A stretch of DNA of 64,000 nt from Squalus acanthias (Eukaryota), in contig CM059431.1 in the NCBI GenBank assembly GCA_030390025.1, positions 106,828,001 through 106,892,000 of the forward strand, in the 5' to 3' direction. Both the position numbers and the translations under genes were made by a program. Every line of letters starts with the position of its first letter. Position 1 is the first letter of the stretch. This document shows positions 24,151 through 36,150 of this stretch, in pieces. A model generated the notes under the pieces. That model ran no database searches. It saw only the letters and a program-made list of their open reading frames with translations, and was not told the origin of the DNA.

Positions 24151-25827
24151 CTTTGTAGTTCTGGTTTTCATCCTTGCAGATAGCCTGCTGATGCTCACCT
24201 TTGAGTCTCATATATCTAGGCACAACTAACTGGAAGGGATGAGGGGTGACATGTCTCCCCCTCCTATTTCTATTTTGGTATGGCTTATGTCTCTGTTTCT
24301 CCACCCCCGCCATCTTGCTCGAAATTTTGGAATTGCCCCTGCTCTCCTCCTCCAAATCCCGACACATGGTTGCACCTCTGCTCACAAATGAAGAATGGCC
24401 TCTTGGGCAGGCAGCAGAGACCTGCTGGTGTCTCCGTACTCCAGCTGGAATTGGTTGTTCAGTGAGATTTTAGAGCACCGCCCCAAAATACAGAGAAGAT
24501 ACTGTATTATTGCTGGTGCAGGTGGTAATGGGACTGTGTTTAGGGCTCACCCTTGTGACACAATTGACATTCGTACAATTGTTTAGGAGACATTTGGCAG
24601 CCACTTCATCAGCTTGCTCTGGTTTTTTTTATGGGAAGGCAGAATCACCGTGCATAGGCCAGATGTGGTGCAAAAATTGGGATGAATTGAAAAGCCAACA
24701 ATTTGGAATAAGGTGGGTTTCACAAGCTAAAGCCAACACGTAAATGCTTCGTCTCGTATGGGAGTCATTAATTAGTTTGCTAGCTTTGTAAGAGGAAAGC
24801 TTTTGATCAATCAGCGGCAGTGGTATGAAGAATGAATGACAGGAGTGCTCTTACTCACAGTTAATCTGAATGAATGTGTACACAACGCTTCATGCACAGA
24901 CAGCAAATATAAGGCAAATTAGACCTTATTTGGGCATGGTTTAAGCCGAATATTATATCATTTCTTATCCAGACCGTCAGCGAAGTGAGTTAGATACAAA
25001 GAAGAGTTTTAAAAAAACAAAGTGGAGTATCAAAGTACTATAGTCAAATCTGTTGCCTGTTAAATCGCTACCACTGCTACCGACCCGCTGAGATGACCTG
25101 GCCTTGTTTGTGAACCTAGCTTTCCAAAGACAAACAACAGACCTTGTCAGTTTAACAGATGAAAAGTGCCACCAGAATATATTAACTGGAAGGTCACTTA
25201 ACTATATAACCATTAAGTATGAGGGTTCCAGAAAATCCAGCTACAGGAGATTGAACATCCTTGACATGAATCTCAGCCTGAAAATAATGAGAGCTGTGAT
25301 CGTCTGGTATGAAATTGAAGAATCTCTTGTGATGACAAGATGTCAAGGCATACAAGAAAGCGCTTCCATTTTTGGCTAACTTTTTCAGGTCTTTGAGACA
25401 GTTTGTTCAGAATGGCGTTTGTGGAGCATTTTAACAATACACAGCAGAGCTAGTTTGTAATGAGGTCACTTTATCAAACCTCTCCAGATTGCCTGAGACC
25501 TAAAGGTAGGCTGGAGAAAGTCTAATGAGGTGAGGAAGAGTCATCATCCTTAGAATATAGAGCAATTTGGATTTAAGCTCACCTTCTGCACAAAATACAG
25601 ACTCTGTGATCAATTTGATCACATGCTTTGAGGTACCTATTAACTGAGAACCCTGCAGGCAAGATGAAATACAAAAGGTTTAAAGAGCTGGCAGAAGAAC
25701 GATCCTGGGAATAAGCTGAATACACTATAACAAATTAGTTGAAATATCAAGCTGCTCCAGCATCACAGACTGAAAAATGAAAGAACACAATAATGGAACT
25801 AAACTGACCACCTGAGGAGTTTATCGA

Positions 25828-26445
25828 GTAGAAATTGGTGTGCATTGTTCGGGCCTCAAACGGGCGCAAAGCATAACCATTTAGCAGTGGGACGGCCTGC
25901 GCCCAATCTGCACTGGCGTCGGTCCCGCTGCTAAATTCGAGGGGCCCATTTTTTTCCCCTGCCGTCCCGGGAGGAAATTGTTCTCCATTCAGGAACCCCG
26001 GTGGCTGCTGACCAAAAGCAGCTTTTGAAAAAAAATGTTTTAATTTTTTTTAAATAAAAAGGTTTTCCGTGGAGCCGCGATTGGTCCCCTTGCCCCAGCC
26101 ATCCCTCCTAGGGACTTACCCGAGGGTCCACTGCCCGGGCGAGGCTTTGCTCGGGGGGCTGGGGGCTGCCTGTGGGGACTCGACCAGCGCCGGTAGAGTA
26201 TGCTGGCGAGGCCCGATGGCCAATTACTATCGAGCCTCTTGATTCGGGCTAATGAAGCCCCGTGCTCTGAGCTCGCCAATGCAGAGGTGCGCTGCAAACT
26301 GGCTGTTGTGCCAGATGTCACCTGGAGCAGCTCGAAAGAATCCAGCTGTGGTCTTTACCGCCCTACGAGGATCAGTCCAAGCCAGGCCGCAAGTCTGCGG
26401 TTGGACTGCAGGATACTTTAATGGGTCCAGACAAATTTCTACCCC
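25828..26445. mobile_element. GC-rich TIR element, PIF/Harbinger-like
   Basis: gtagaaattgg at the left end and aaatttctacccc at the right end. Confidence 0.5.
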
Positions 26446-28119
26446 TGTGAGTATAAATATATTAAGTTGCAATAATGTTATAGTCAATTGGACAGAGCTG
26501 GGGGTGGGATGATACTGCAAGCCACAAATTAGAATCTAGTTATCAAAAGATTGTACTCAGGGTGAGGTTCACTAATCTGAGCTGGATCCCAAGAAGTCTT
26601 GGCAAGCTAACAGCATTGTTTTTTCATTTCTGCAGGTTAAAATTTACCTCTCAGAAGTGTAATATTTGGGAAATAGTCCTTTTATGGTTAAAATTCTACA
26701 CCTGCCCCCTCCCCTGACTGAGGTCACAGGATAAAGAGATAATGTGAAGGGCATGGGTGAGATTGGGTGAGATTGATGGTGCTAATTTAGATTCAAGATA
26801 AAGTGCAACAATAGGGCACTGGGCAGGCTAATTACAGTGAGATTGGATGCAGATATTTTGGCTGCAATTTGCTTTAACTTCTTTGCTCTTGACTTCCTCC
26901 TCTCTGCTCCTGAAGGCACTGACAATGCTGGGTTTGGCTCTACAGAAGATGCCAGCACCAACCCCCTCCCCCCCCCCGCACCCACTACTTCTTCCAAGCG
27001 CCGTTCATCTATCAGTCTAGACCTCCACAATCTCCCCCACAACAACCCCACGATCACCAATGCACCCCCCCCTCGCGATCACCGCCCCTCCCGCGATCAC
27101 CGACCCCCATGATCTTTGACTGACTCTGTCCCGAACCCCATCTCTGCCCCGGTCTCTCCCTGACCCCCAGCGATCACCCCCCAACCCTCCAAACCACACC
27201 TGTACCCACCCACCTCCCTCGCGATCTCGACCCGAAGCAGCATGAAGCTTGACTAATCCTCAGCTGCGGCCATCTTTGGAGAACTTCCCCGCCTGACAGG
27301 GAGCCAAACCTGTCAATCAGGCTGGCTTCCGGGCGGAGAACCTGTTAAAAAGAACGCGCACGCCATGGAGTTAAAACTGCACAACATTCGGGGAAATTCC
27401 GGGTTCCCTGCCGCTCAGAAATCCCAGTCCAGTAAATATTGGGGCCTAGGAGCAGGAAATCTCCTGCTGGCACTGAGTGATACCTGACTAGCAGTGCAAA
27501 TTCAGAAATTACCCTCATAGTACTTTTGTTCGTGCTTCTTCACTCAAAAGTGACCATGAAATAGCTCACAATTACCATTTACAATAATGCATTTCTGAAT
27601 TTTCTAGGTAGGAAATTGTCGTGACAAAATCATTGGTAGCCAGGCAACCATTGAGATGATGGCAGTCACTGTTCAATACTTTAATATTTCAAAAAAAATG
27701 TTGAGAGCAAGTAATGGAATTGCCTCAGACCTGTAACCTTTTGTTCGATAATGTGAAGCTTTTGCAGTAAAGGAACTTGCTACAATACGGGCACAATATC
27801 CACAGAAGATTTGTTGTAGGGAAGATAAATAGAGTCGAGGAATCAGCCAATGCTGGATCCTAACTAACTTGAGTACGGATGAAGCCAGTGCCCCTCGGAG
27901 AGACATTGGTGGATTGTTTCTTTTATCAGGCTGAACATGTTGAAGCTGGTCCTTACTGTCTTTGTACTTTCAACCACACACATTCTCCACTCTCCTGCCT
28001 GAACAGCTGTCGGATTTTGAGGGCATCTGTGTGATGCTTTGAAAATATAATGGGTTACCCTGCCCATGAAATATTTATTGACCTCTCAATTAAATTATTT
28101 GTGAGGTGATCCTGGCCCT

Positions 28120-28588
28120 GTGTCAGCTGCAGCTCAGTTGGTATCCCCCTTGCCTGAGTCAGGAGGTTGTGGGTTCATAGTCCCACTCCAGAGACTTGAG
28201 CACATAAATCTAAGCTCACACTCCAGTGCAGTGTTGCGGGAGCGCTGCACTGTCGGAGGTGGCGTCTTGCGGATGAAACATTAAACCGAGGCCTCGTCTG
28301 CTCTCTCAGGTGGATGTAAAAGATCCTATGGTGCCATTTCGAAGAAAAGCAGAGGAGTTCTCCCCGGTGTCCCGGCCAATATTAATCCCTCAATCAACAT
28401 CACAAAAACAGATTATCTGGTCATTATCACATTGCTGTTTGTGGGAGCTTGCTGAGCGCAAATTGGCTGCTGGGTTTCCTACATTACAACAGTGACTACA
28501 TTTCAAAAAGTACTTCACTGGCTGTAAAGTGCTTTGGCATGTCCTGAGGTCATGAAAGGCGCTATATAAATGCAAGTTCTTTTTTTTC
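28120..28588 (+). mobile_element. Full-length DeuSINE (SacSINE1-like)
   Basis: tRNA-like head, Deu-like core ttaaaccgaggcctcgtctgctctctcaggtggatgtaaaagatcc, L2-like tail. Confidence 0.85.
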
Positions 28589-29279
28589 TGTACTTAAAAG
28601 GTACAGGAACATACACCTGATTTCCCTTCTCCTCTCCATCAAGAATCAAAATTTAGGTGTTCAACCAGAGGCAAGATGCCAGAGCATGGACAATTTCAAA
28701 GCTATGGGGTTAGAAATTGGTTATGGCCTGTTTTTGAGCACTCTGTGCTCGCCTGAAATTGGGCCTCAGGCCTCAGACCTCATTCACTTAATGGCCGAGC
28801 TGCTGGGACCTGTCGTGCCTCCATATGCAGCTCGCCCATTTTGCCTGCACAACTGTCAGGCCGCTTGCTTCACTGAAGTTAAGTCCCAGAACAGGGTTGG
28901 GTTAGTGGCAATGGCAGGGTGGCGATCAATGGCTATTGCTCTTGGCTCCACGGCAACGGTTTTGGAAACACGTTTTTTTTTGAGACACTAACCTTTTGTT
29001 GATGGCCACAGCAACCGCTGGAGAATTCTGAGCTCGTCGCAGGACAATGTTCTCTCCTCCGCTGGGATACAGTTCAATGTGGTGCCAGCAATGCTCTGGT
29101 GCCTTGTTGAAGTCTCAGCTTGGTAGTGCTCTACCCTCTGAATCAGAAGGTTCTGAATTCAAAGCCCACTCCAGGATTTGAGCACACAACCAAAGTTGGC
29201 ACTTCGGTGCAGCACTGAAGGACTGCCATATTGTTAGAGATGCCAGCCGTACTATGGATGAAATGTTTAACCGAGGCTC

Positions 29280-29587
29280 CTTTTGAAAGCATCTAAGCTA
29301 TTTGCCTCAACCACTTCCTGTGGTAGCGAGTTCCACATTCTAACCACTCTCTGAGTGAAGAAATTTCTCCTAATTTCCATATTGGATTTATTAGTAACTA
29401 TCTTGTATTTATGGACCATAGTTTTGGATTGTACCACAAGTGGAAACATTCTCTCCACATCTACCCTGTCCAACCCTTTCATAATTTTAGGCCTCCTCTA
29501 AGTCTTCTCTTTTCTAAAGAAAAAAGCCCCAACTTGTTCAATCTTTCCTGATAGCTGTAATCTCTCAGTTCTGGTACCATCCTTGTA
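29280..29587 (-). mobile_element. CR1 LINE 3' fragment
   Basis: FFTQRVVRMWNSLPQEVVEA motif. Confidence 0.85.
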
Positions 29588-30011
29588 ATACAATTCATGT
29601 GAAGTGCTTCGGGGGATTATGTGACAGAGTGCTACATAATTGCAAGTTCTATCTTTCTTCAATGGTGTGTGACCCAGAACGGTGAATGTCAGTAGGCTTT
29701 TTAACCATGGAAACATTACGGCCAAGTCCAATCCTGTTCTCATCTGGCACGCACACATACTCACACTCTCTAACATGAGTCACAAGAAAGCAATTAGGAG
29801 CAGGCAACTTAGCTGATCTTTCTCTCCCTAACACAGGAATTCTGTGGCAAATTGTACTCCAGCAAACAGCAGCTAAATCAGCACAGGCCAAGCTAGAACT
29901 AAGACTAGATTTTCAAAGAATTAACAGAGGAATCTATAATTGAACATCCTTTTGTGGTGCAACAACATTGGGAGTTTTTGCAAGTTCATTATTACAGATA
30001 CATTGGACTTG

Positions 30012-31160
30012 GAAGAAAGACTTACAGTGCCTTTCATGACTTCCCAAAGTGCTTTGCAGCCAATTAAGTACTTTTGAAGTGTGGTTACTGTCGTAATTTA
30101 GGAAACATGGCAGACAATTAGCGCACAGCAAGCTCCCACAACAGCAATGACAAGATAATGGCCCAGAAATTGATCTCGCTCTGTTCCCGCGGGGGTAAGG
30201 AGCAGGCGCGATCTCTCACTCCGCGTTGGCTTTTTCAGATCCAGCTCGCACGAACTTGATGTTCTAGACATCAGCTGGGCAGTGCTTGCGTATCCCACCG
30301 GCGTAGTGAATTCGTGCGAGCTGTGGGATCACGTGACTCAGTTAGAGCCAATGGCAGCACACCATCTTCCATTCATAAGTTTCACATACGTGTTGTGAAA
30401 GCTATGAATCTTACACACCCCCAAAATAACAGCTAAACCTCAATTAAATTTAAAAAAAAACCCATCACATTAATAAAATAAGTAGTTAAATAAATTAACC
30501 ATTTTAAATAAAAAATTAAATTTTTGAAAAAATTTAAAATCTTTTAAAAAGTTATAAAAATAAACTTACCTGTCTTTAAAGTCTCTAAAAAAGATATACC
30601 TGTTAAAAAAAATTCAAAATAATACTTAATTCACTACTTACCTTGTTAAAAGTGGGTCTTACTCCTCCTTTTTTCATTTCTAAAATCTTCCGTCCTTACC
30701 TGCGCGTCCAAAGCACTAAGTGCACAGCGTGCGCGCAGCCTGTAGCGCGCACGCGGTGCACCGAGGAACCGCCCCCTTTTCCAAAAACCAAGTGCCGGTT
30801 TTCAGCGCATGCGCAGTGCATGCAGAAAACCGGCAATTGGAGAGAGAATACGCGAGAGTACACAGTGCGTACTCTCGCGTAGCGGCATCAATTTTTGGCC
30901 CATGCTGTTTTAGTGACTTTGGTTGAGGGATAAATACTGGCCAGGACACTGGGGACAACACCCCTGTTCTTCTTCGAAAAATGCCGTGGGATCTTTTACC
31001 TGTAAGGGTACACTCAGTTTAATGTCTCATTTGAAAGAAGGCACCTCTGACGGTCCAACACTCCTCCAGTACTTGCACTGGGAACATTGGCATAGACTTT
31101 GTGCTCAAGTCTCTGGACTGGGGCTCAGAATCCATGACCGTCTGTCTCAGAGGCGAGAGT
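30012..31160 (-). mobile_element. DeuSINE split by a MITE at 30160-30901
   Basis: SINE tail at 30012-30159 and core/head at 30902-31160, on the reverse strand. Confidence 0.7.
30160..30901. mobile_element. PIF/Harbinger-like MITE with AT-rich core and subterminal hairpins
   Basis: TIR ggcccagaaattgat / atcaatttttggccc; related in opposite orientation to 34656-35409. Confidence 0.75.
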
Positions 31161-31184
31161 GCTACCCACTGAGCCACGGCTTTT

Positions 31185-31772
31185 TAAAAATTTGTTTATG
31201 GGATGTGGGCATCGGTGGCAAGGCCAGCATTTACTGCCCATCCCTAATTGCCCTTGACAAGGTGGTGGTGAGCTGCCTTCTTGAACTGCTGCAGTCCGTG
31301 TGGTGAAGGTACTCCCACAGAGCTGTTAGGTAAGGGGTTCCAGGATTTTGACCCAGCGACGATGAAGGAATGGCGATATACTTCTAAGTCAGGATGGTGT
31401 GTGAATTGGAGATGGTGGTGTTCCCATGTGCCTGCTGCCCTTGTCCTTCCAGGTGGAAGAGGTCGCGGGTTTGGGAGGTGCTGCCGAAGAAGCCTTGGCG
31501 AGTTGCTGCAGTGCATCTTGTAGATGGTACACATTGCAGCCACGGTACGTCGGTGGTGGAGGGAGTGAATGTTTAAGGTGGTGGATGGGGTGCCAATCAA
31601 GCGGGCTGCTTTGTCCTGGATGGTGTCAAGCTTCTTGAGTGTTGTTGGAGCTGCACTCATCCAGGCAAGTGGAGAGTATTCCATCACACTCCTGACTTGT
31701 GCCTTGTAGATGGTGGAAAGGCTTTGGGGAGGCAGGAGGTGAGACACTCGTTGCAGAATACCCAGCCTCTGA
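31185..31772 (-). mobile_element. CR1-group (Zenon-like) LINE 3' fragment
   Basis: ORF 31244-31789: QRLGILQRVSHLL...YKAQVRSVMEYSPLAW. Confidence 0.85.
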
Positions 31773-31781
31773 TTACAGTAG

Positions 31782-32902
31782 TTGCACAACTGGAGATCAC
31801 TATACCTTCAAACAATCACTTCACCCTAACAGATCCCAAGATCAGGAAACATTACAACATTGTGAAATTATTTGCAGTGTGTAAACATTCCATCTTTATG
31901 CATTTTACTACACTTTTGGAAAGAAAGAAAGATAGAAAGAAAGAAAGATAGAAAGAAAGAAAGCCAAATGAATCGTGTAGCAGTGTAATATCTGCCTCAT
32001 CACAAGCGGATGCGATAGGCTAAAAATACAGCAGCAAATAACAGAAGCTTTGCCTTGCATAATTAAAAAAAAGCTATAGTAAATAGACCTTCTGGACATT
32101 TACTCTACCAGAGATGTTGCCTTGGTTGACAGCTTGGGTTGCTTGGATAAGCAATATACTCCAAAAAAGCGAAAGGTCACATCTGAATGCCCCTTCTGAC
32201 ATAGCTGATTGCTCTCAATGTATTATTATTTAAAGAGTTTGAAATAAAGGGATTTCACACATCTCTATCCCTGAAGTGCCAAAAAGCCTCATGTAATTTA
32301 TACATTTTCACCTACTCTACTTAAAACAGGCAACAAGAAAATTTGGGGATCCCACACACATCCAGCTATCCAGCTCCCCCCTCCCCGCTATCTCCCTTAA
32401 CCACTATTTATCCCTCAACCAAGATCAAACAAAATATTACATTATCTGGTCATTATCATACTGGTATTTGTGGGACCTTGCTGTGCACAAATTGGCTGCC
32501 TCATTTCCTACATTACAAAAGTACTTCATTGGCTGTAAAGTCATGAAAGGTTCTTTCTTTCTTTCTTTCCTTCTTTCTTTCCTTCTTTCCAAAAGTGTAG
32601 TAAAATGCATAAAGAAATAGGCCCATGGAATGTTTACACACTGCAAATCATTTCACAATCCAAAGATGTGCGGGTTAGGTTGATTTGGCTATGATAAATT
32701 GACCCTTAGTGTTAGGGGGGATTAAATACGTGGGGTTACGGGGATAGGGTGGGATATGTGTCGGTGCAGGCTCGATGGGCCGAAATGGCCTCTATCTGCA
32801 CTGTGGGGATTCTGTGATTCTGTGAATGTTGAGTAGATCCTGATCTTGGGATCTGTTAGGTTGAAGTGATTAGTTGAAGGCATAGTGATCACCAGTGTGC
32901 AA
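31782..32902. repeat. Inverted duplication with arms at about 31782-31962 and 32551-32902 (right arm interrupted by a SINE fragment)
   Basis: For example tatgcattttactacacttttggaaag vs ctttccaaaagtgtagtaaaatgcata, and cctaacagatcccaagatcagg vs cctgatcttgggatctgttagg. Confidence 0.9.
32660..32824 (+). mobile_element. 3' part of an HE1-like V-SINE
   Basis: Near-identical to 5029-5186; AAT duplication; the empty site is preserved in the partner arm (caacattgtgaa). Confidence 0.8.
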
Positions 32903-33544
32903 TCTGATTGGTTAAAGGGACTGTACAATATCATGATATTACAGACACAAACGTTTAGAAATGTCTTCTTACCTCTTGGACCCAAAGTTGAATTCAACCT
33001 GGATTGATGTGATAAAAGTTTTTCTTGTCTCCTGGATAAAAGGTTACTACATGAAATAAGTTTCAATTCGTTCCTCATGGGCCCTGTACTCAAAGCCACC
33101 CTTAATTTGGCACTGAATTGGCAATCTCATTTAGAGAGCCCACTGGATCTTTAGTGCGGAGAACGGAATTTATCACACTGTCACAGTAGCAGTGGAGATC
33201 TTCTTCGGAGGTTAGGATTGAGGCAGAGTGGAGAGAGCTTCACTCTGGATCTAACTGCCTGACCTAGGAGCGGTGCCTGAAATAGGAATGTGATCCTGTT
33301 ACCAGCCTTAATGTTCCTCACCTAGATTCCCATCTGTTGTCAGAATTCAAATGCCTTGTTACTTTTACTTGGAGACTGCATTTGAAACAACAGAGCAGGA
33401 TTTTCCATTAGACTTATAGCAGTTCCCCAGTGTAACTCCAGCAGCCTTTCCATAGGCTCCCCACTACAGTTCCCAGCGCTTATAGCGGGCGCGTTCGTGC
33501 GAACGTGATTTGCCCACTATACGCGGTGGCTGGTGTGCTGAACT

Positions 33545-33862
33545 GGTCCGTGCCGGTGTTTATGCTCCACACGAGCATTCTCCCACCCCTCTTCATCTCA
33601 CCCTATCAGCATAAACTTCTATTACTTCCTCCCTCATGTGCTTATCTAGCTTCCCCTTAAATGCATCAATGCCATTCGCTTCAACTATTCCCTGTGGCAG
33701 CGAGTTCCACATTCTAACCACTCTCTGGGTAAAGAAGCTTCTCCTGAATTCCTTATTAGTGACTATCTTATATTTATGGCCCCTAGTCTTGGTCTCCTCC
33801 ACAAGTGGAAATATCTTCTCTACGTCTACCCTATGGAACCCCTTCATAATTTTGAAGACCTT
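33545..33862 (-). mobile_element. CR1 LINE 3' fragment
   Basis: VFKIMKGF...TRGHKYKI...FFTQRVVRMWNSLP motif. Confidence 0.85.
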
Positions 33863-34405
33863 TATTTGCAATGTGAATGACTAACAGGAAATCCAAGTGC
33901 ACAGAATACAAAAAAACCAAGGCAATGTTTACAGGCTTAAATTATGTTACCTTTCATCTTGTACATTAACATTTTAATGCCATATGCTGTCTAGTTATTA
34001 TGATGGATAGCCTGTGCTATGTGAGCACTTTAATTACTAATACCAAAATGTGTTGAAATTGAAATATTGCGGTTGGTAAGAAGCATCAGTGCAGAAATGA
34101 CCCATTTAATATTGACCTGTGGAACTGAAGTATAGATTTAAATTTGTAATTAATACAGGCCTGTTCCTTAAAATGCTAACACAAGGGCTCAATAAAAATG
34201 CTAACAAGGTTTAAAATATCACAAGCAATTTATTGACATTTTAATACTCTTGGCTTCAGCCAGGTCTGTATTTAGCAATGCTATATGAAATATGGATGAA
34301 TGATATATTAATATCCATATTTCACTGTAACTTTTTATAATGGAAATGATAAGGAGTGAGTAAATAAATAATATTTACCGAGAGAACTCAAGTTACACAA
34401 AGAAC

Positions 34406-35659
34406 TATGTTACTCTAAGGTAAGGAGACTGCAATGCAACATTTTATACTTCGACTTGTTTTGGAAGATTTTTATTCTTTTGCTCTATTTAGTCAAGTTT
34501 TTAAAATTCCATCTTCCTAATTTTCTGCTCTTCTGAGGGCAGGTGATTCATGCTGGCGGGGGGAGGGGGTCTGTGCTACCATCCTTCTAGCACTTTGCTG
34601 TTCTTATCATGTGGGCCAATGGGTTCCAGTCGGCTACTTAAGTGAGAAAGATATTGGCCCAGATATTCCGATCCCTACGGGTGTGTACGCGCTGTGTACC
34701 CACCCATAGGGACATTGGAAATGCCGGTTTCAGGCATGCACAGCGCATGCACTGAAAACCGGCATTTCCGATCTGTCAAGAATGGTCTTGACAGATCCTC
34801 CGCCTGCCCTGGAGAAGGGCCTCTGTGGGCGGATAGTTCCACTTTTTGGAGACCCTCTGCCCGCAGAAAACCCTTACAATTCTTACGCCTGGTAAAAGCA
34901 GGTGTAAAGCCTGCTTTTACCAGGATAAGAGTTGACAAAAGTTAAAAAAAAAAAAATTTCATTATCATTTAAAAATACTTTAAAAAAAAGGTACGTTTAT
35001 TTTTAGCCCCATAAAAAACTTTAATTATTTTTTCAAAAAATTTAATTTTTGTTTAAAGTACTTAATTTATTGTAATTTCAAGTCATTTTAAAAATGTGAT
35101 TTTTAAAAAAAAAATTATTTAAAGTTTTACTATGTTTTTTCATTGATCTCCATTCATATATTTGACAGGTCTTCCTGTTAAATGTATGAAGGGGGATTCC
35201 CTTTTGTGATTGGCTCCCCATGGCCCACGTGATCCCAGGGATGCTGTGAACTACATGCGCCCCTGGGATACGTGGGCCCTGCGCACTTCAAGTTTGGTGA
35301 GGCCCAGGTGCGGAAGTGTGTGCGTCCCGGGAGCCCTCAGGTAAGGGCGCAGATTTTTCCAGATCGCAGGCCTCGCCCGCGGGAGGCCTGCGATCGGAAA
35401 ATACGGGCCTATGTTACTCTAAGGTAAGGAGACTGCATTGCAACATTTTATACTTCCACTTGTTTTGGAAGATTTTTATTCTTTTGCTCTATTTAGTCAA
35501 GTTTTTAAAATTCTTTCTTCCTAATTTTCTGCTCTTCTGAGGGCAGGTGATTCATGCTGGTGGGGGGAGGGGGTCTGTGCTACCATCCTTCTGGCAATTT
35601 GCTGTTCTTTACATGTGAGCCAATGGGTTCCAGTCGGCTACTTAAGTGAGGAAGATATT
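34406..35659 (+). repeat. 250-bp direct duplication (34406-34655 and 35410-35659) flanking a TIR element
   Basis: Both copies run tatgttactctaaggtaagg...aagatatt, with about a dozen substitutions and the same length. Confidence 0.95.
34656..35409. mobile_element. PIF/Harbinger-like MITE (754 bp)
   Basis: TIR ggcccagatattccgatc / gatcggaaaatacgggcc; AT-rich core; related to 30160-30901. Confidence 0.85.
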
Positions 35660-35681
35660 ATAACCAAGCCTGAGCCAAGTC

Positions 35682-36150
35682 ATCACACACTCACACCTAC
35701 ACTCACACTCACACGCACACACACTCACACCTACATTCACACTCACATGCACACGCACACACACTCACACTTACACTCACACTCACACGCACACGCACAC
35801 ACTCATACTCACACTTACACTCACACTCATACTTACACTCACACACATACACACTCACACTCACACACTTAATCACACACACTCACACACAATCACAAAC
35901 TCAAACTCACACTCACACAATCACACACACACACTCACTATCACTCACGAACATACACACTCACGCTCATTCACACTCACACACGCACTCACATGCTCTC
36001 ACACACGCTCTCACACTCACGCACATTCACACTCACACACCCACTCACACACTTACTCACTCATGCTACTCACACACGCTCTCACACATATACTCGTACA
36101 CTCACATACTCACAGAATCACACACTCACAATCACGCACACACACACACA
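35682..36150. repeat. Degenerate (CA)n/(CACACT)n microsatellite
   Basis: Directly visible. Confidence 0.95.

Noticed and set aside
32966..33045. Minus-strand exon candidate ending GAG|gtaaga
   Set aside because: It is open in some frames but has no partner exons and no recognisable product
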